From: Nitrosarchaeum sp.
GTDB taxonomy: Archaea > Thermoproteota > Nitrososphaeria > Nitrososphaerales > Nitrosopumilaceae
NCBI GenBank assembly: GCA_965223865.1
Contig: OZ245020.1
Span: 928,001 to 992,000, forward strand
Length of the DNA stretch: 64,000 bases
Direction: 5' to 3'
The notes under the pieces are model-generated. The model had not been told where the DNA came from, did no database searches, and worked only from the letters and a program-made list of their open reading frames with translations. How positions within the stretch are numbered: position 1 is the stretch's first letter; the number at the start of each line of letters is the position of its first letter. Below, piece after piece: positions 1-10,940 of this stretch. The position numbers were made by a program, and so were the translations under genes.

Positions 1-778
1 TTGATTTTGTTATTTCATCATATTCTGTGTTAAATGAAAATTGAGGCCTTGTATCCAACTTAATCCACTTGGTTCTAGCATCTTGAGATGAGATGTCTAC
101 TTGGAAAAAACCTTTCTTTGCTTCTTTGATACCCTCACTGGTTGTAAGCTCTATGGATCCTGGATATGCAATTGGTCCATTTAGATGATTAAATTGTTTG
201 ATGTCTTTGTCATGTAAATGTCCCATGGCATAATATGTAAAATTCTTTGGAAGATCAGTTGATTGTAATTCTCCTGCAAACTTGTTAAATTCTGTAATCC
301 CTTGATGCATTACTAAGATTTTATGTCCTGTATGATTTTTTACAGCATTATCTATCTCTTTGAACTTGTCTTCATATTGAGTAATCTCTGCTTTTCTTAT
401 CTTGTCAAATCCAGCTAAGAGAATTCCTTTGTATTCAATAGGTTTTCCTTGACCAATATATTTTGAAAATTCTAAATTGTGATAAACATAGGGAATGGGT
501 GTAGTACGTATTCTGCTAATATCATGTTCTCCTAAAATGAAAAAAGAATCCACGTTGTTTTGTTTTAGTCTTTTTAGAGCATTTGCCATTTGAACAATTG
601 CAGTTCCATTTGGGTTTGGGACATGAAAAATATCCCCAGCAAATATTACAAAATCTACATGATCCTTAATTGATGTGTCAATTGCTTGATTAAAAACATG
701 ATAAACATCTTGCTCTCGCTCTTCAGAGCCATACTGAACTAATCCTAAATGGGTATCTGAGATATGTGAAAATAACAT
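1..778 (-). CDS. mre11: DNA repair nuclease Mre11 (5' part; runs off window start)
   Basis: Manual translation MLFSHISDTHLG...FAGDIFH...ILGEHD shows metallophosphoesterase motifs; directly downstream of herA-nurA. Confidence 0.93.
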   Translation of the reverse strand, partial: MLFSHISDTHLGLVQYGSEEREQDVYHVFNQAIDTSIKDHVDFVIFAGDIFHVPNPNGTAIVQMANALKRLKQNNVDSFFILGEHDISRIRTTPIPYVYHNLEFSKYIGQGKPIEYKGILLAGFDKIRKAEITQYEDKFKEIDNAVKNHTGHKILVMHQGITEFNKFAGELQSTDLPKNFTYYAMGHLHDKDIKQFNHLNGPIAYPGSIELTTSEGIKEAKKGFFQVDISSQDARTKWIKLDTRPQFSFNTEYDEITKS

Positions 779-2311
779 TTAATCTAACAACAAATCTTTC
801 CGAACTAATCCCTGTGTAGATTCTACTGCAACTTCTGCCATTTTATTTGCATTTGCCCATGCACTTACAGCACTCTGATCTGCTCCCATTGTCTTTTCTT
901 TGACTTCATCAACATGAACTAGTGATGGCAAATTGGTCCATTGTCCTACTAAAACTGCATCACCTACATTCAGAGATGTTAACTGTGAGATTAACTCACG
1001 ACTGGTAGATTCGGTGGCCGAAGCTATTTGTCTTTGATCATCCTCTTGAATAATTTTCATAATTGCAAAAGAGCCCATTTGACTCAAAACATTAAGATCT
1101 ACGCTTCTTGGTCTCTGAGATACGATGCCGAGACCCAACCCAAACTTTCTTCCTTCTCTTGCAATTTTTGCTGCCCAATACTTTGCACTGGTATCGTGAT
1201 CTTTTGGAATAAACACATGTGCCTCTTCTATAATTACAAAAATTGGAGAATTGAATCTGTATTTTCTCTCTCTCTTTGTCCTTCCATGTCTGGCAATACT
1301 TGCATCCTTTCTGTCTTTTAGAAGTTGTTGCAAATAAAATGCTACTGCAACATTTGCTTGTTTTTCTGATAATTCTGAAATGTTTAGAATATTTGTTCTA
1401 CCCTCCTTGATAAAACTGATAGGATCACCCATATCAGGATCCAAAATATCTTCAAACCTTCTTTGTGCTTCTTCAATAATGTCTTGAACTCTGTACGCCG
1501 ATGTCCTGATCTCTTTTAATTTTTTGTCCTCTGAATTTACAATAAAATCTACTTCATTTTCTAACTTTTTCCAAAATTCTTTTGATTCTTTGACATGTCT
1601 TGTAAAGGACATTCGTAATACGCGCTGTTGAACATTTGCGCCGTCTCTAATCTCTAAAACCTCTGATAATTGATCTGCATCCAAAAGTCTTGGATTAATT
1701 TTTGCATCAATAACATTGATTCGTGGAATGTTTAACGTTGTATAGTCATTGTGATAATCAAAAATTATTACTGTTCCTTTTAGATTTCCAATCTGCTTTG
1801 TGACAAGAGATACTAGATTGCTTTTTCCCATCCCTGTCATAGCTAAAATTCCCAAATGTCTCGAAACTATTTTGTCAAGATTTACTTTCGCATCTATAGT
1901 TTTATTTCTTAATAACTTTCCAATTTTTACCCACCCTTCTTGTGATGAACTAAATATTTCTTCAAGTTCTTCTTTTGTAGGCTGTGTGATTTCTGTGCCT
2001 GGAATCGGAGGTATTGCGGGAATTATCGATTGTCCTTTTTGCAATTTTTCCAAAAATCCTAAAATTCCAATATTTGCAGTAAATGTTTTATCTCTTCTGT
2101 TAATTTCGGCAATTTCTGTTGATTCTTCTGCTTCATCAAAATTTTTTACATCTGCAAAGGCTGCACTTGATACTTTGGATTTTTCAACCAATCCGAGAAT
2201 TTTTCCTTCATCAGTATCAATAATGATGTATTCGCCAACTGATAATGGTCTTGATGTTAATGCAGTGACAAATGTGGGCTTTGATTCTCCAATTACATAA
2301 CCTAAACTCAT
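779..2311 (-). CDS. herA: HerA helicase/ATPase
   Basis: N-terminal HAS barrel, Walker A (AMTGMGKS), IIEEAH, REGRKFG, SQRP; operon with nurA and mre11. Confidence 0.93.
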   Translation of the reverse strand: MSLGYVIGESKPTFVTALTSRPLSVGEYIIIDTDEGKILGLVEKSKVSSAAFADVKNFDEAEESTEIAEINRRDKTFTANIGILGFLEKLQKGQSIIPAIPPIPGTEITQPTKEELEEIFSSSQEGWVKIGKLLRNKTIDAKVNLDKIVSRHLGILAMTGMGKSNLVSLVTKQIGNLKGTVIIFDYHNDYTTLNIPRINVIDAKINPRLLDADQLSEVLEIRDGANVQQRVLRMSFTRHVKESKEFWKKLENEVDFIVNSEDKKLKEIRTSAYRVQDIIEEAQRRFEDILDPDMGDPISFIKEGRTNILNISELSEKQANVAVAFYLQQLLKDRKDASIARHGRTKRERKYRFNSPIFVIIEEAHVFIPKDHDTSAKYWAAKIAREGRKFGLGLGIVSQRPRSVDLNVLSQMGSFAIMKIIQEDDQRQIASATESTSRELISQLTSLNVGDAVLVGQWTNLPSLVHVDEVKEKTMGADQSAVSAWANANKMAEVAVESTQGLVRKDLLLD

Positions 2312-3144
2312 CCTAATACCTCTCTTGAACCAATCTCATTACTTAAGCCTAACAAACTAACCATTTTTGCAAGCTCTTTGTCTGATATTTTACAGTTATT
2401 ATGTGCAAGCTTGAGTGCATAAGGATATCCTCCTACACTACTTTTGTAAAGTTTGTTTAATGTTGTTTTGATCTCTTCTTCTGAACGATCTTGTCCTAAA
2501 AATTCTAATTTGATAATTGGAGTTGAATCACTTAATCTTACAAATGTTGATGCGATAACTTTGTCTTGTCCGTATTTTTTTTCTATAAATAATTTTGAAA
2601 ACCCAGAACCTTTTGTCACATGATTGTAATAGAAAATATCTCCTGCTAGTGAACCTAGACTCTCAAATTGTTTTTTGGTGTTTGATGTTTTGGCAATAAA
2701 AATCACGTTGTCTCTTTTTTTCATAGTTCTGACCACTGCTGCATCCAGTGCTGATTGTCTTGTCATAAATTGAGAATGTAGAGAACCATCCATTAATACC
2801 AAATCTGCCTGATCTATGGTTTTCTCACATGCCTCTATCTCCATTCTGCTTGCAATTCTTGAAAGATCTATATCTGAGCCAAGACCTGAATCGTGTAAAT
2901 CTACTAACACCTCCCCATCAGCCTTTATCGCAACTGCAGTGGTTGCCCATAACTCAATTCCTTGAAATTTTGTGTTATTAAAACTCGAATCAATCCCTGC
3001 AGTTATCGCCTCTTCTTTTTTAGGCTCAAATTCTATCCAATTTTCTCTAGCTTTTTGCAAAATTTGCTCAAATTTAGGTCCTTTTAGGATGGAGAGCATC
3101 TTGTCCCTCTTCAAAATTGCATCTTTATAGACAGTATTGAGCAC
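2308..3144 (-). CDS. nurA: NurA nuclease
   Basis: GIDSS, LMDGSL, GYPYALKLAH motifs; 4-bp overlap with herA. Confidence 0.92.
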   Translation of the reverse strand: MLNTVYKDAILKRDKMLSILKGPKFEQILQKARENWIEFEPKKEEAITAGIDSSFNNTKFQGIELWATTAVAIKADGEVLVDLHDSGLGSDIDLSRIASRMEIEACEKTIDQADLVLMDGSLHSQFMTRQSALDAAVVRTMKKRDNVIFIAKTSNTKKQFESLGSLAGDIFYYNHVTKGSGFSKLFIEKKYGQDKVIASTFVRLSDSTPIIKLEFLGQDRSEEEIKTTLNKLYKSSVGGYPYALKLAHNNCKISDKELAKMVSLLGLSNEIGSREVLG

Positions 3145-3370
3145 AAAAATACTTCGTTGGTTTGAATAAAATCTTTAGGTTATACTGATGATTAACCAAT
3201 AAAGAACAGAAATTATGTAATTCAAAGCAAAATTTTATTTAAAAATAATTTATCCACAAAAATTGTTTGCATTTTTTATCTTAAATAGATTAATGACAGA
3301 TCATATTATAATTGTCCCAATTAGCATCTTGGACTAGAATTAATTAAGTGATATTTTCTAGTATTGTTGG

Positions 3371-4189
3371 TTGAAAAGAATTGGGTTGTTAGGATGTGGT
3401 GCCATAGGTACTCAAATTGCACTTGCAATTGAATCAGGAAAAATTCCTGCCAATTTAACTCATGTTTATGATGGTTCCAAAGAATCTTCTGCCTCTTTGG
3501 TTGAAAAACTAAAAAACAAACCTGTAATTGTTGAAAATTCTCATCTCTTATCTTCTCATCCAATTGATATTGTAGTAGAGGCAGCATCACAAGAAGCAGT
3601 CAAAGATGTAGCACTAAGTGTTTTACAAAACAAGCGAGATTTGATGATAATGAGTGTTGGTGCATTGCTTGATGAATCAATCTATGATATTTTGTCTGAT
3701 GCATGCAAAGATTTCAAAAAAACAATATATCTTCCATCTGGTGCAATTGCAGGTTTAGATGGAATAAAATCAATCAAAGAGGAGATTGAATCATTAACTA
3801 TTACAACTACAAAACATCCTCGCTCTCTAAAAGGCGCAAAGTTTTTTGAAAATTCGGAGATTAATTTGGATTTAGTAAATTCTAAAACTACAATTTTTCA
3901 AGGAACTGCCAAAGAAGCTGTCTCTTTGTTTCCTGCAAACATCAACGTTGCAGCATTGTTGTCTTTATGTGGTATTGGAAGTGAAAAGACTCAAGTAACA
4001 ATTGTTGCAGATCCTGCAACCAACAAAAATACTCATCATATTGTAACTAGTGGGAAATTTGGAAAGATGACTTTTACAATTGAGAATTTTCCAGATCCAA
4101 ACAATCCAAAAACTAGCAGATTGGCAATATTATCGGCCATTGAAACTCTGAGAAAATATTGTTCTGATGAGATTCAAATTGGTACGTAA
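3371..4189 (+). CDS. nadX: L-aspartate dehydrogenase
   Basis: GCGAIG Rossmann motif, SGAIAGLD, FPANINVA, NPKTSRLA; near nadA and nadC. Confidence 0.93.
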   Translation: MKRIGLLGCGAIGTQIALAIESGKIPANLTHVYDGSKESSASLVEKLKNKPVIVENSHLLSSHPIDIVVEAASQEAVKDVALSVLQNKRDLMIMSVGALLDESIYDILSDACKDFKKTIYLPSGAIAGLDGIKSIKEEIESLTITTTKHPRSLKGAKFFENSEINLDLVNSKTTIFQGTAKEAVSLFPANINVAALLSLCGIGSEKTQVTIVADPATNKNTHHIVTSGKFGKMTFTIENFPDPNNPKTSRLAILSAIETLRKYCSDEIQIGT

Positions 4190-4275
4190 TTTGACAATAA
4201 TTGCCAGAATCGAACTACCCAACTAATAATATCACTTTGGAGATTTAGATGAACAATTAATGGATTTTCATAAAC

Positions 4276-4446
4276 TTAGATAGGATGAACCTCTTCGGGA
4301 TCCCATTTTTTGCATGAGCATCTTTCATCATTAGGCAATACTTTTGTACATCTTGGTTTTGAAACGTTGTTTTGCAGGAACTCCAAGTGGTGTTCAGCAA
4401 AATGTTTGCATTTTTTACATCTTTTGAGAGGTTTTACTTGAGACAA
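4276..4446 (-). CDS. Cys/His-rich microprotein (56 aa, TTG start), not in ORF track
   Basis: Manual translation: SQVKPLKRCKKCKHFAEHHLEFLQNNVSKPRCTKVLPNDERCSCKKWDPEEVHPI. Confidence 0.65.
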   Translation of the reverse strand: MSQVKPLKRCKKCKHFAEHHLEFLQNNVSKPRCTKVLPNDERCSCKKWDPEEVHPI

Positions 4447-4684
4447 TCTTAATACTTATCATGACAAGACCATGTTAAAATATTCTATCATTTCTTGCAG
4501 TCAAGACTTCATAAATTTGGATAGAATTAATCTAAAATAATTCAATAGATTATTTTCACTTTCAAAATTCATACAATACCTTGCATCCTTTGACCATATA
4601 CTATTAAGTCATTTTCTTATCTAGGATTTTCAAATTTGAATATAATATAGACGCTTAAGTATTTCATAATGTAACTGAAATAAA

Positions 4685-5527
4685 GTGATAAACAAAAGAA
4701 TTTTTTTGTTAGTGTCTCTTTTAGTTTTATTTTCTGTAGGTTATAGTTCTGAAAACTATTCTGTATTTGCTCAGTATTCTGATTATACATTAGAAGAATC
4801 TTTAGAACAACAAAGAGAAAGAATTGATCAAGCAGAGTCAAGCCCTGTATTGATCAATGAGCATATGGGAATCATTGAAAGTTCTAGATATGAGTTTTCT
4901 TTTGAGGCTCCTACAAGCTGGAGATATCAAGAAGGTGTTTCTATTGATGGAGAAACAACTTATCAAGTCTTGATGTATCCTGTTGAGTTTAGTTTAGAAA
5001 ATATAGATCAAGAAGATGCGAATTTAGTTGATTTATCAACAGCATTTGTAGGATTGGGTTTTCAGATCGAATCTCCATTAATCGGGATTTCATTTGCAAA
5101 TATATCTACGTCTGAAGTTCCCAGATTAAATCCAAATGAACTAAAAGAATCTGTATTGGATACTATTAGAATTGGGACGCCTGCAGCTAAAATTCTTGAT
5201 TCTTATGTCAAAACTGAACCTTGGGGATGGGAAGTATCAGTAGTTTATGCATTTGATTTGAACTTGGGATATGGTTCAGGTTTGCCATATATAGCTCAAG
5301 AAAACACGTATTTCTTCAAAGATAGAGAAGCTTATACTATTTTTTACATGGCTCATGAAAATTACTATGATTATTACCGACCAGTATTTGATCATGCACT
5401 TGATACTCTGGTAATCAGAGGAGTTGTGGTTCCAGAGTTTCAAGAAGTAGCTTTAGTTGTTCTAGCTAGCTCAATAGTTATGGTAGTTGTATTTTCAAGG
5501 AAATTTAATTTCCAAGTTTTGAAATAA
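4685..5527 (+). CDS. Secreted PEF(G)-CTERM sorting-domain protein
   Basis: Signal peptide; C-terminal VVPEFQ followed by a TM helix and basic tail. Confidence 0.8.
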   Translation: MINKRIFLLVSLLVLFSVGYSSENYSVFAQYSDYTLEESLEQQRERIDQAESSPVLINEHMGIIESSRYEFSFEAPTSWRYQEGVSIDGETTYQVLMYPVEFSLENIDQEDANLVDLSTAFVGLGFQIESPLIGISFANISTSEVPRLNPNELKESVLDTIRIGTPAAKILDSYVKTEPWGWEVSVVYAFDLNLGYGSGLPYIAQENTYFFKDREAYTIFYMAHENYYDYYRPVFDHALDTLVIRGVVVPEFQEVALVVLASSIVMVVVFSRKFNFQVLK

Positions 5528-5596
5528 ACTTTCTTCCTAAACAATTCTCATTAGTAATTTCACATAATTCAAACTATTTGGTTTGAAACTTGTTAA

Positions 5597-6511
5597 TCAA
5601 GAGGAATCAGATAATGTGGCAAATATGTGTCCATTTGCATGATCTTTGTTTTCATAAAGTATGTCACGTTCTTTGACTGAAACCTGATACCCTGCATTTT
5701 TTAGAAGATTTATGATATAGTCTCGATTAGAATAACTATGATACTCAATCATCATATTCTGAATTATCTTTTTCTTTAATGTCTGGTGAGCTCCTTTTAG
5801 AGCCAATACTTCTGCTCCTTCAATATCTATCTTACAAAAAAGAACTATGTTTGCACTCTCATTTTTTATTAGAGTATCTATTGTGATTGTTTTTGTTTTC
5901 TCGTTTTTAATATGACTTTGAGGAATTCTCCAATCCCTTAACGTCTTTTTGTCAATTGTAGACATTGAATCATGTGTGTAAAAATTAATTTCATCATCAT
6001 CTTTGTCTGTTACTGCACGGTTGTACAGTACAACATTTGAAAATTTATTTAATTCACAATTTTGGTGAAGTATATCAAATATGCTTGGAGATGCTTCAAC
6101 TGATATTACTTTTGAATTTTGATATTTTTTAGCAAGTATACAAGTGTAGTGACCAACATTAGATCCTATATCTAAAATTAATCCTTCATTTTTGGGTTGT
6201 TTTAATGCAAATTCTTTCTCTTCTTTTTCCCAATCCAGTTTCACAAAAACCATATAATCTATTACAGTGGGAACTGATAACAAAATTTCATCGCGTTTTA
6301 TTATTACTTTTTTTGCTTGGATCCAATTGAGTAGATTTGGTTTATTTAGTACAATCTTTCCTGTGTTTTCTTTTCCTAGTATGATGTACAGTAGAGTTAG
6401 AATTATAATTCCATTTAGAATGTAACTTAAGAGAATTATCTTGTCTTTTATTGTATAACCAAATCTGTATCCTTTAATCCAATCTACAATCTCACTTCTA
6501 ATTGATTTCAA
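5597..6511 (-). CDS. FkbM-family SAM-dependent methyltransferase
   Basis: LDIGSNVG, VEASP, KIDIEGAE motifs. Confidence 0.88.
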   Translation of the reverse strand: MKSIRSEIVDWIKGYRFGYTIKDKIILLSYILNGIIILTLLYIILGKENTGKIVLNKPNLLNWIQAKKVIIKRDEILLSVPTVIDYMVFVKLDWEKEEKEFALKQPKNEGLILDIGSNVGHYTCILAKKYQNSKVISVEASPSIFDILHQNCELNKFSNVVLYNRAVTDKDDDEINFYTHDSMSTIDKKTLRDWRIPQSHIKNEKTKTITIDTLIKNESANIVLFCKIDIEGAEVLALKGAHQTLKKKIIQNMMIEYHSYSNRDYIINLLKNAGYQVSVKERDILYENKDHANGHIFATLSDSS

Positions 6512-6563
6512 TCACTCTTCTATTCTTGATATCAATATCACTCTTGATAAAATTATTATAAAA

Positions 6564-7467
6564 TCAACATTTCATGATTTGTGTTCTTAAAAATTTGGCA
6601 GAGTTTTGTAATGAGTCGTATTCTGATTTTTCAAGGTCAATTTCCTGAATACTTGTTTTATCTTCTCTAATTACTAATGGCACTCCAATGCAAACATCTG
6701 ATATCCCATATTCACCTTTCAGTAAAACAGAAGCTGTTGTGGATAATTTTTTTCCTTTGATAATTGCATCAATCACATCAAATGCAATCTTTGATATTCC
6801 AAATACTGAAGATACCTCTTTCATATCAACAATTTTTGCCCAATATTGCTTCAAGTCATTTGTTATCTTTTCTTTCTGAATAGAATCTATTGATTTTAAA
6901 ATTGATTTTTGTCCCTGTTTTGCTCTTGAAAATATAGGTACCATTGTATCTCCATGTTCTCCTAAAACCAAAGAATCGTGAATATCTGATTGTTTGGTAC
7001 CAAGTTCTTTGGCAAGAATATAGCGTAGCCTGTTGGAATCAAGGCTTGAGCCCAATCCAATCACATTTTCTCTTGGTAATTTTGACTCTTTTTGTATAAA
7101 GTAGTGATGATATCAACAGGATTTGTTATGACTAGAATTTTAGCATCTTGGGCATATTTTTGAATATTCTTTACAAAATCTCTTGCAATCAACAAGTTAT
7201 TTTTTAGAAGATCCATCCTGCCTATTTTGATCTTGCCATTATTTGCTGCAATTACAATAACTTTGGAATCTTTAATTTTGGATATATCATCAGTGCCAAC
7301 TACAGAAAATGATGAATCTTCAGGAATTGCATTTGATATGTCTAATTCCTCTCCAACTGCTTTGTTTTTGTGATCATTGATTAAAATTACATCATCAATA
7401 TTATGAGATGCCACAAGAAAACCTATTGTTAGCCTACTCTGCCACTTCCTATTATAGAAATCGTCAA
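6564..7467 (-). pseudogene. Malate/lactate dehydrogenase-family gene split by two frameshifts (or sequencing errors)
   Basis: TTG-TISIIGSGRVG at 7467; pieces 7061-7414 (ITNPVD) and 6564-7064 (LDSNR, GEHGD); adding one base near 7430 and one near 7105 restores a continuous ORF. Confidence 0.82.
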
Positions 7468-7786
7468 ATCATCCCTCGAAAATATAATTAATTTTCAGCA
7501 AAATCAAGGAATATTAGTTTATAGGAAAATATACTAGAGCTTTATTAGAACTATTTCTAGATTTATCAAATTATCTCAAAATATCTCATTTAGTGCAAGA
7601 GAATCCTTGAAGAATAACTCTGACATATTCCAATCCTGAGAAATCAAAAACTTTACGATCAAGCATTTCTCATAATTACTATGAATCCCAAAAAGGGGAA
7701 ATTCTTGCCACTAATGCCAATTTAGATGAAAATTCTAGGCAATATCCCATTCTTTAAATTCCCACAGCAACAATTTTCTGTGGTTT

Positions 7787-8743
7787 ATGCTCGTTCAACA
7801 AACTTCCAAACTAAAAGAGGAGATTCTAAGACTAAAAAAAGAAAAAGATGTTGTTATTCTTGCTCATAACTATCAGATTCCTGATGTTCAGGATGTAGCT
7901 GACTTTACAGGTGACTCTTTGGGTTTGTCAAGACAAGCAGCAAAAGTTGATCAAAAAACAATTTTGTTTTGTGGTGTACATTTTATGGCAGAGACTGCAG
8001 CAATTATCAGCCCTCAAAAAAGAGTCTTAATTCCGGATTTAGAGGCAGGATGTTCATTATCTGATTCTATTACTGTTGATGAATTGAGAAATTGGAAGAA
8101 ACAACATCCTGGAGCAGTCGCAGTAGGTTATGTCAATACAACAGCCGAAATAAAGTCTGAGCTGGATTATTGTTGTACTTCTTCAAACGCAGTAAACGTA
8201 GTAAAGGCGATTCCTGAAAACAAAGAGATATTATTCTTACCTGATATGTTTTTGGGGTCTTATGTTGCAAAGATGACAGGAAGAAAAAATATGCACATTT
8301 GGGCTGGTGAATGTCATGTTCATGCTGGGATTACTCCAGAAGATGTTACAAAAAAATTAGATTCTCTGAAAGATGCTGAATTTGTAATTCATCCTGAATG
8401 TAGTTGTACAACACCTATGATGTATGATGTTGCCGATGGAAGTTATGATGATAGAAAAGTTTCAATTTTATCTACCGAAGGTATGTTAAATCATGTAAGT
8501 GACTCAAAGGCAAAGAACTTTGTTGTTGCTACCGAAACTGGAATATTGTATAGGATGAGACAACAAAATCCTGACAAAAATTTTATTCCAGCATCGGAGA
8601 AAGCAGAATGTCAATATATGAAGATGATTACACTTGAAAAAGTATATGATGCTTTAGTAAATGAAAAGAATATAGTTACTGTGCCAAAAGAAATTGCTGA
8701 CAAGGCTAGGTTGGCCATTGATAGAATGCTTACAATCAGTTAA
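7787..8743 (+). CDS. nadA: Quinolinate synthase
   Basis: LAHNYQ, GDSLGL, CGVHFMAETA, HPEC, C-terminal CQYMK. Confidence 0.97.
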   Translation: MLVQQTSKLKEEILRLKKEKDVVILAHNYQIPDVQDVADFTGDSLGLSRQAAKVDQKTILFCGVHFMAETAAIISPQKRVLIPDLEAGCSLSDSITVDELRNWKKQHPGAVAVGYVNTTAEIKSELDYCCTSSNAVNVVKAIPENKEILFLPDMFLGSYVAKMTGRKNMHIWAGECHVHAGITPEDVTKKLDSLKDAEFVIHPECSCTTPMMYDVADGSYDDRKVSILSTEGMLNHVSDSKAKNFVVATETGILYRMRQQNPDKNFIPASEKAECQYMKMITLEKVYDALVNEKNIVTVPKEIADKARLAIDRMLTIS

Positions 8744-8752
8744 ACTAATTTT

Positions 8753-9159
8753 GTGACTACTTTGATTGGTTTGTTTAATAGAGGATCAAAAGATCCTCAA
8801 AAGAAAAAAAATATTGAAAAACTCAAAGAAATACGAAATCTAGCCAAAGAAAAAAAATATGATCAGGCTCTCAAATCAGGCATGGAATACCTCCAAAAGG
8901 TTCCAGAAAGCCATGATATCTTGTTTATTGTCGGAAGCATTTACTATATGAAAAAAAGTACAAAACTGCTATTTCTTATTTTGAAAAGGCACTAAAAATT
9001 GGAGAATATGATATCGAAGTGTTAATTCTAAAAGCAAATGCTCACTATGTTCTAGGTGAACAAAAACGTGCAATCCAATGCTGTGATAAAGTAAAGGAAA
9101 TTGATCCAAAAAACAAAGGAGTTACAGAGTTATTAGAAAAGATAGAGTCATCAAACTAA
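8753..9159 (+). pseudogene. TPR-repeat protein, frameshifted in A7 run at 8951-8957
   Basis: Second frame continues YKTAISYFEKALKIGEYDIEVLILKANAHYVLGEQKRAIQCCDKVKEIDPKN to TAA at 9159. Confidence 0.75.
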
Positions 9160-9977
9160 ATCTCTAGACTCATATCAATTCCCTTAACTGAATTTGTTAT
9201 GCTTCCAACTGAAATAATATCTACTCCGGTTTTTCCATATTTTGAAATATTTTTTGATGTTATTCCGCCAGATGCTTCAAGCATGACTTTGCCTCGTAAT
9301 TTTTGTTTTTTTAGAACCTGAATGGTTTTTTTAATTTGATTTGGCGTAAAATTATCGAGCATAATAATAGTTGCCCCTTCCTTTGCAGCTAAAACTGCAT
9401 CGTTAGTATTTTCTACTTCTACTTCGAACTTTTGATATCTCTTCTTTGCCTTTTTTATTAGAGATAAAAGAGACTCACTTACTGCAATATGATTATCTTT
9501 TATCATGACCATTTCATCTAGTCTCAATCTGTGCTTTTTTCCTCCTCCAATTTCAACTGCTTCTTTGTCAAATATTCGAAGTCCTGGTGCAGTCTTTCTT
9601 GTAGCATATAGTTTTGTTTTTTTATTTGGGATTTTCTTTACTAAATAGCTGGTCTGAGTTGCAATCCCACTCATTCTTGTTAGTAAATTTAATGCGGTTC
9701 TCTCACAAGTTAGAATTTTTCCAGCTTCTCCTATTATCTGCACTATTGTTTGATTTGGTTTTATAATACTTCCATCTTTTTTTATAATCTTCACACTGCA
9801 TCCTTTAATTTCAAAAATTTTTTTTGCATACTTTACACCTGCAATTATAGCATTTTCTCTTGAAATTATTCGAGCAGAAATTTTTCTCTTCGGCAAAAGA
9901 GAACTTGTAATATCCCCTTTCCCTATGTCTTCTGCTAAAAATTGTAACAAAATTTTTTTTGAATTATAAGAGGACAT
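9156..9977 (-). CDS. nadC: Nicotinate-nucleotide pyrophosphorylase (carboxylating)
   Basis: TRKTAPGLR, MIKDNH, MLDNF, EASGGI. Confidence 0.96.
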   Translation of the reverse strand: MSSYNSKKILLQFLAEDIGKGDITSSLLPKRKISARIISRENAIIAGVKYAKKIFEIKGCSVKIIKKDGSIIKPNQTIVQIIGEAGKILTCERTALNLLTRMSGIATQTSYLVKKIPNKKTKLYATRKTAPGLRIFDKEAVEIGGGKKHRLRLDEMVMIKDNHIAVSESLLSLIKKAKKRYQKFEVEVENTNDAVLAAKEGATIIMLDNFTPNQIKKTIQVLKKQKLRGKVMLEASGGITSKNISKYGKTGVDIISVGSITNSVKGIDMSLEI

Positions 9978-10017
9978 TTCGTTTCGCTTAAATGTAACTT
10001 TAAAGATTTAATTTTTC

Positions 10018-10206
10018 CTAGATTACTTTGATTGCATATTTGCCCTTTTGAGTAATTCCTAGAGTCTTTGAAATTTGAGAGTTTGTTGGATCAACTACTA
10101 AAACAATTCCACTCCAATCGGGTGTCAAGTCGGAGGATTTACAAACTGGACATACTTTTCCTGTAGTTACAAACTTGCATTTTCTACAAGCCATTTCTCG
10201 AGCCAT
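10018..10206 (-). CDS. spt4: Transcription elongation factor Spt4 (RpoE2)
   Basis: ACRKC...CPVC...WSG...GKYAIKV; follows rpoE1. Confidence 0.95.
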   Translation of the reverse strand: MAREMACRKCKFVTTGKVCPVCKSSDLTPDWSGIVLVVDPTNSQISKTLGITQKGKYAIKVI

Positions 10207-10803
10207 CTAACTTGCCTCTACTTTTGCTTCTTTTCCTGAGTCATCTGATTCGCCACCAGCTTTTTTGATTTCTTCTGCAATCCATTCATCTGCACCAAGG
10301 AATGGTTGTCTACATGTAATTCCAATCTTTCCCATGGCAGCTGCTTTTCCTAATGATACTGCAGTAATTCTTGCACGTAGAGTTGAACTCACCTTTAGAG
10401 TTCTTCCGCTTTGATTAGCTAAAATCATTCCTGATTTTACATCGCTTTTTAGATAGTCATCCATGACTTGTGACAAATGAAGTAAAGCATCTGTTGGTCC
10501 AATTCTAACAAATGCACCAAAGTCTGTAATGTCTACAATTTCTCCTTGAACTATTTCTTGGAGCTTCGGATAAAATGTCAATGCTTCAAATTCGACTTTG
10601 TGAAATGTTCCACCATCTCCGGCAATCATTTTTCCCATCTCGTCTACTTTGGCATCTAAAATCATAATGATGTATCCCAAATCAGCATTAATCATACTCT
10701 CATACTTTTCTTTGAGGATATTTACTGCGGCCTTTTTGAGGGTGGTTCCAAATAAGCTTGGAGGAATCCTAACAACATCAACTAGGGTAGATATAGAAAA
10801 CAA
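10207..10803 (-). CDS. rpoE1: DNA-directed RNA polymerase subunit E' (Rpo7)
   Basis: VVRIPP, GDG, FGAFVRIGP S1 domain, RQPFLG. Confidence 0.95.
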   Translation of the reverse strand: MFSISTLVDVVRIPPSLFGTTLKKAAVNILKEKYESMINADLGYIIMILDAKVDEMGKMIAGDGGTFHKVEFEALTFYPKLQEIVQGEIVDITDFGAFVRIGPTDALLHLSQVMDDYLKSDVKSGMILANQSGRTLKVSSTLRARITAVSLGKAAAMGKIGITCRQPFLGADEWIAEEIKKAGGESDDSGKEAKVEAS

Positions 10804-10940
10804 CTGTGCTGTTTTTCTTAAATCTCAATTTATGAATCTTTGGGTAATTTACGCTTGCATTATCAGTAATAATTTCTCAAAAATTTACAAAATTCTTTAG
10901 ATACTTACCCCCTCTTTGAGGACAAACAATACTTTGATTA

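Noticed and set aside
1028-2300. + strand ORFs 1028-1321 and 1800-2300, and similar antisense ORFs inside mrp, hppA, cdc48, S8 and pepF
   Set aside because: Shadow frames of well-supported genes with no motifs of their own
1-3144. HerA-NurA as an anti-phage defence system
   Set aside because: Its context with mre11 is the standard archaeal DNA end-resection operon
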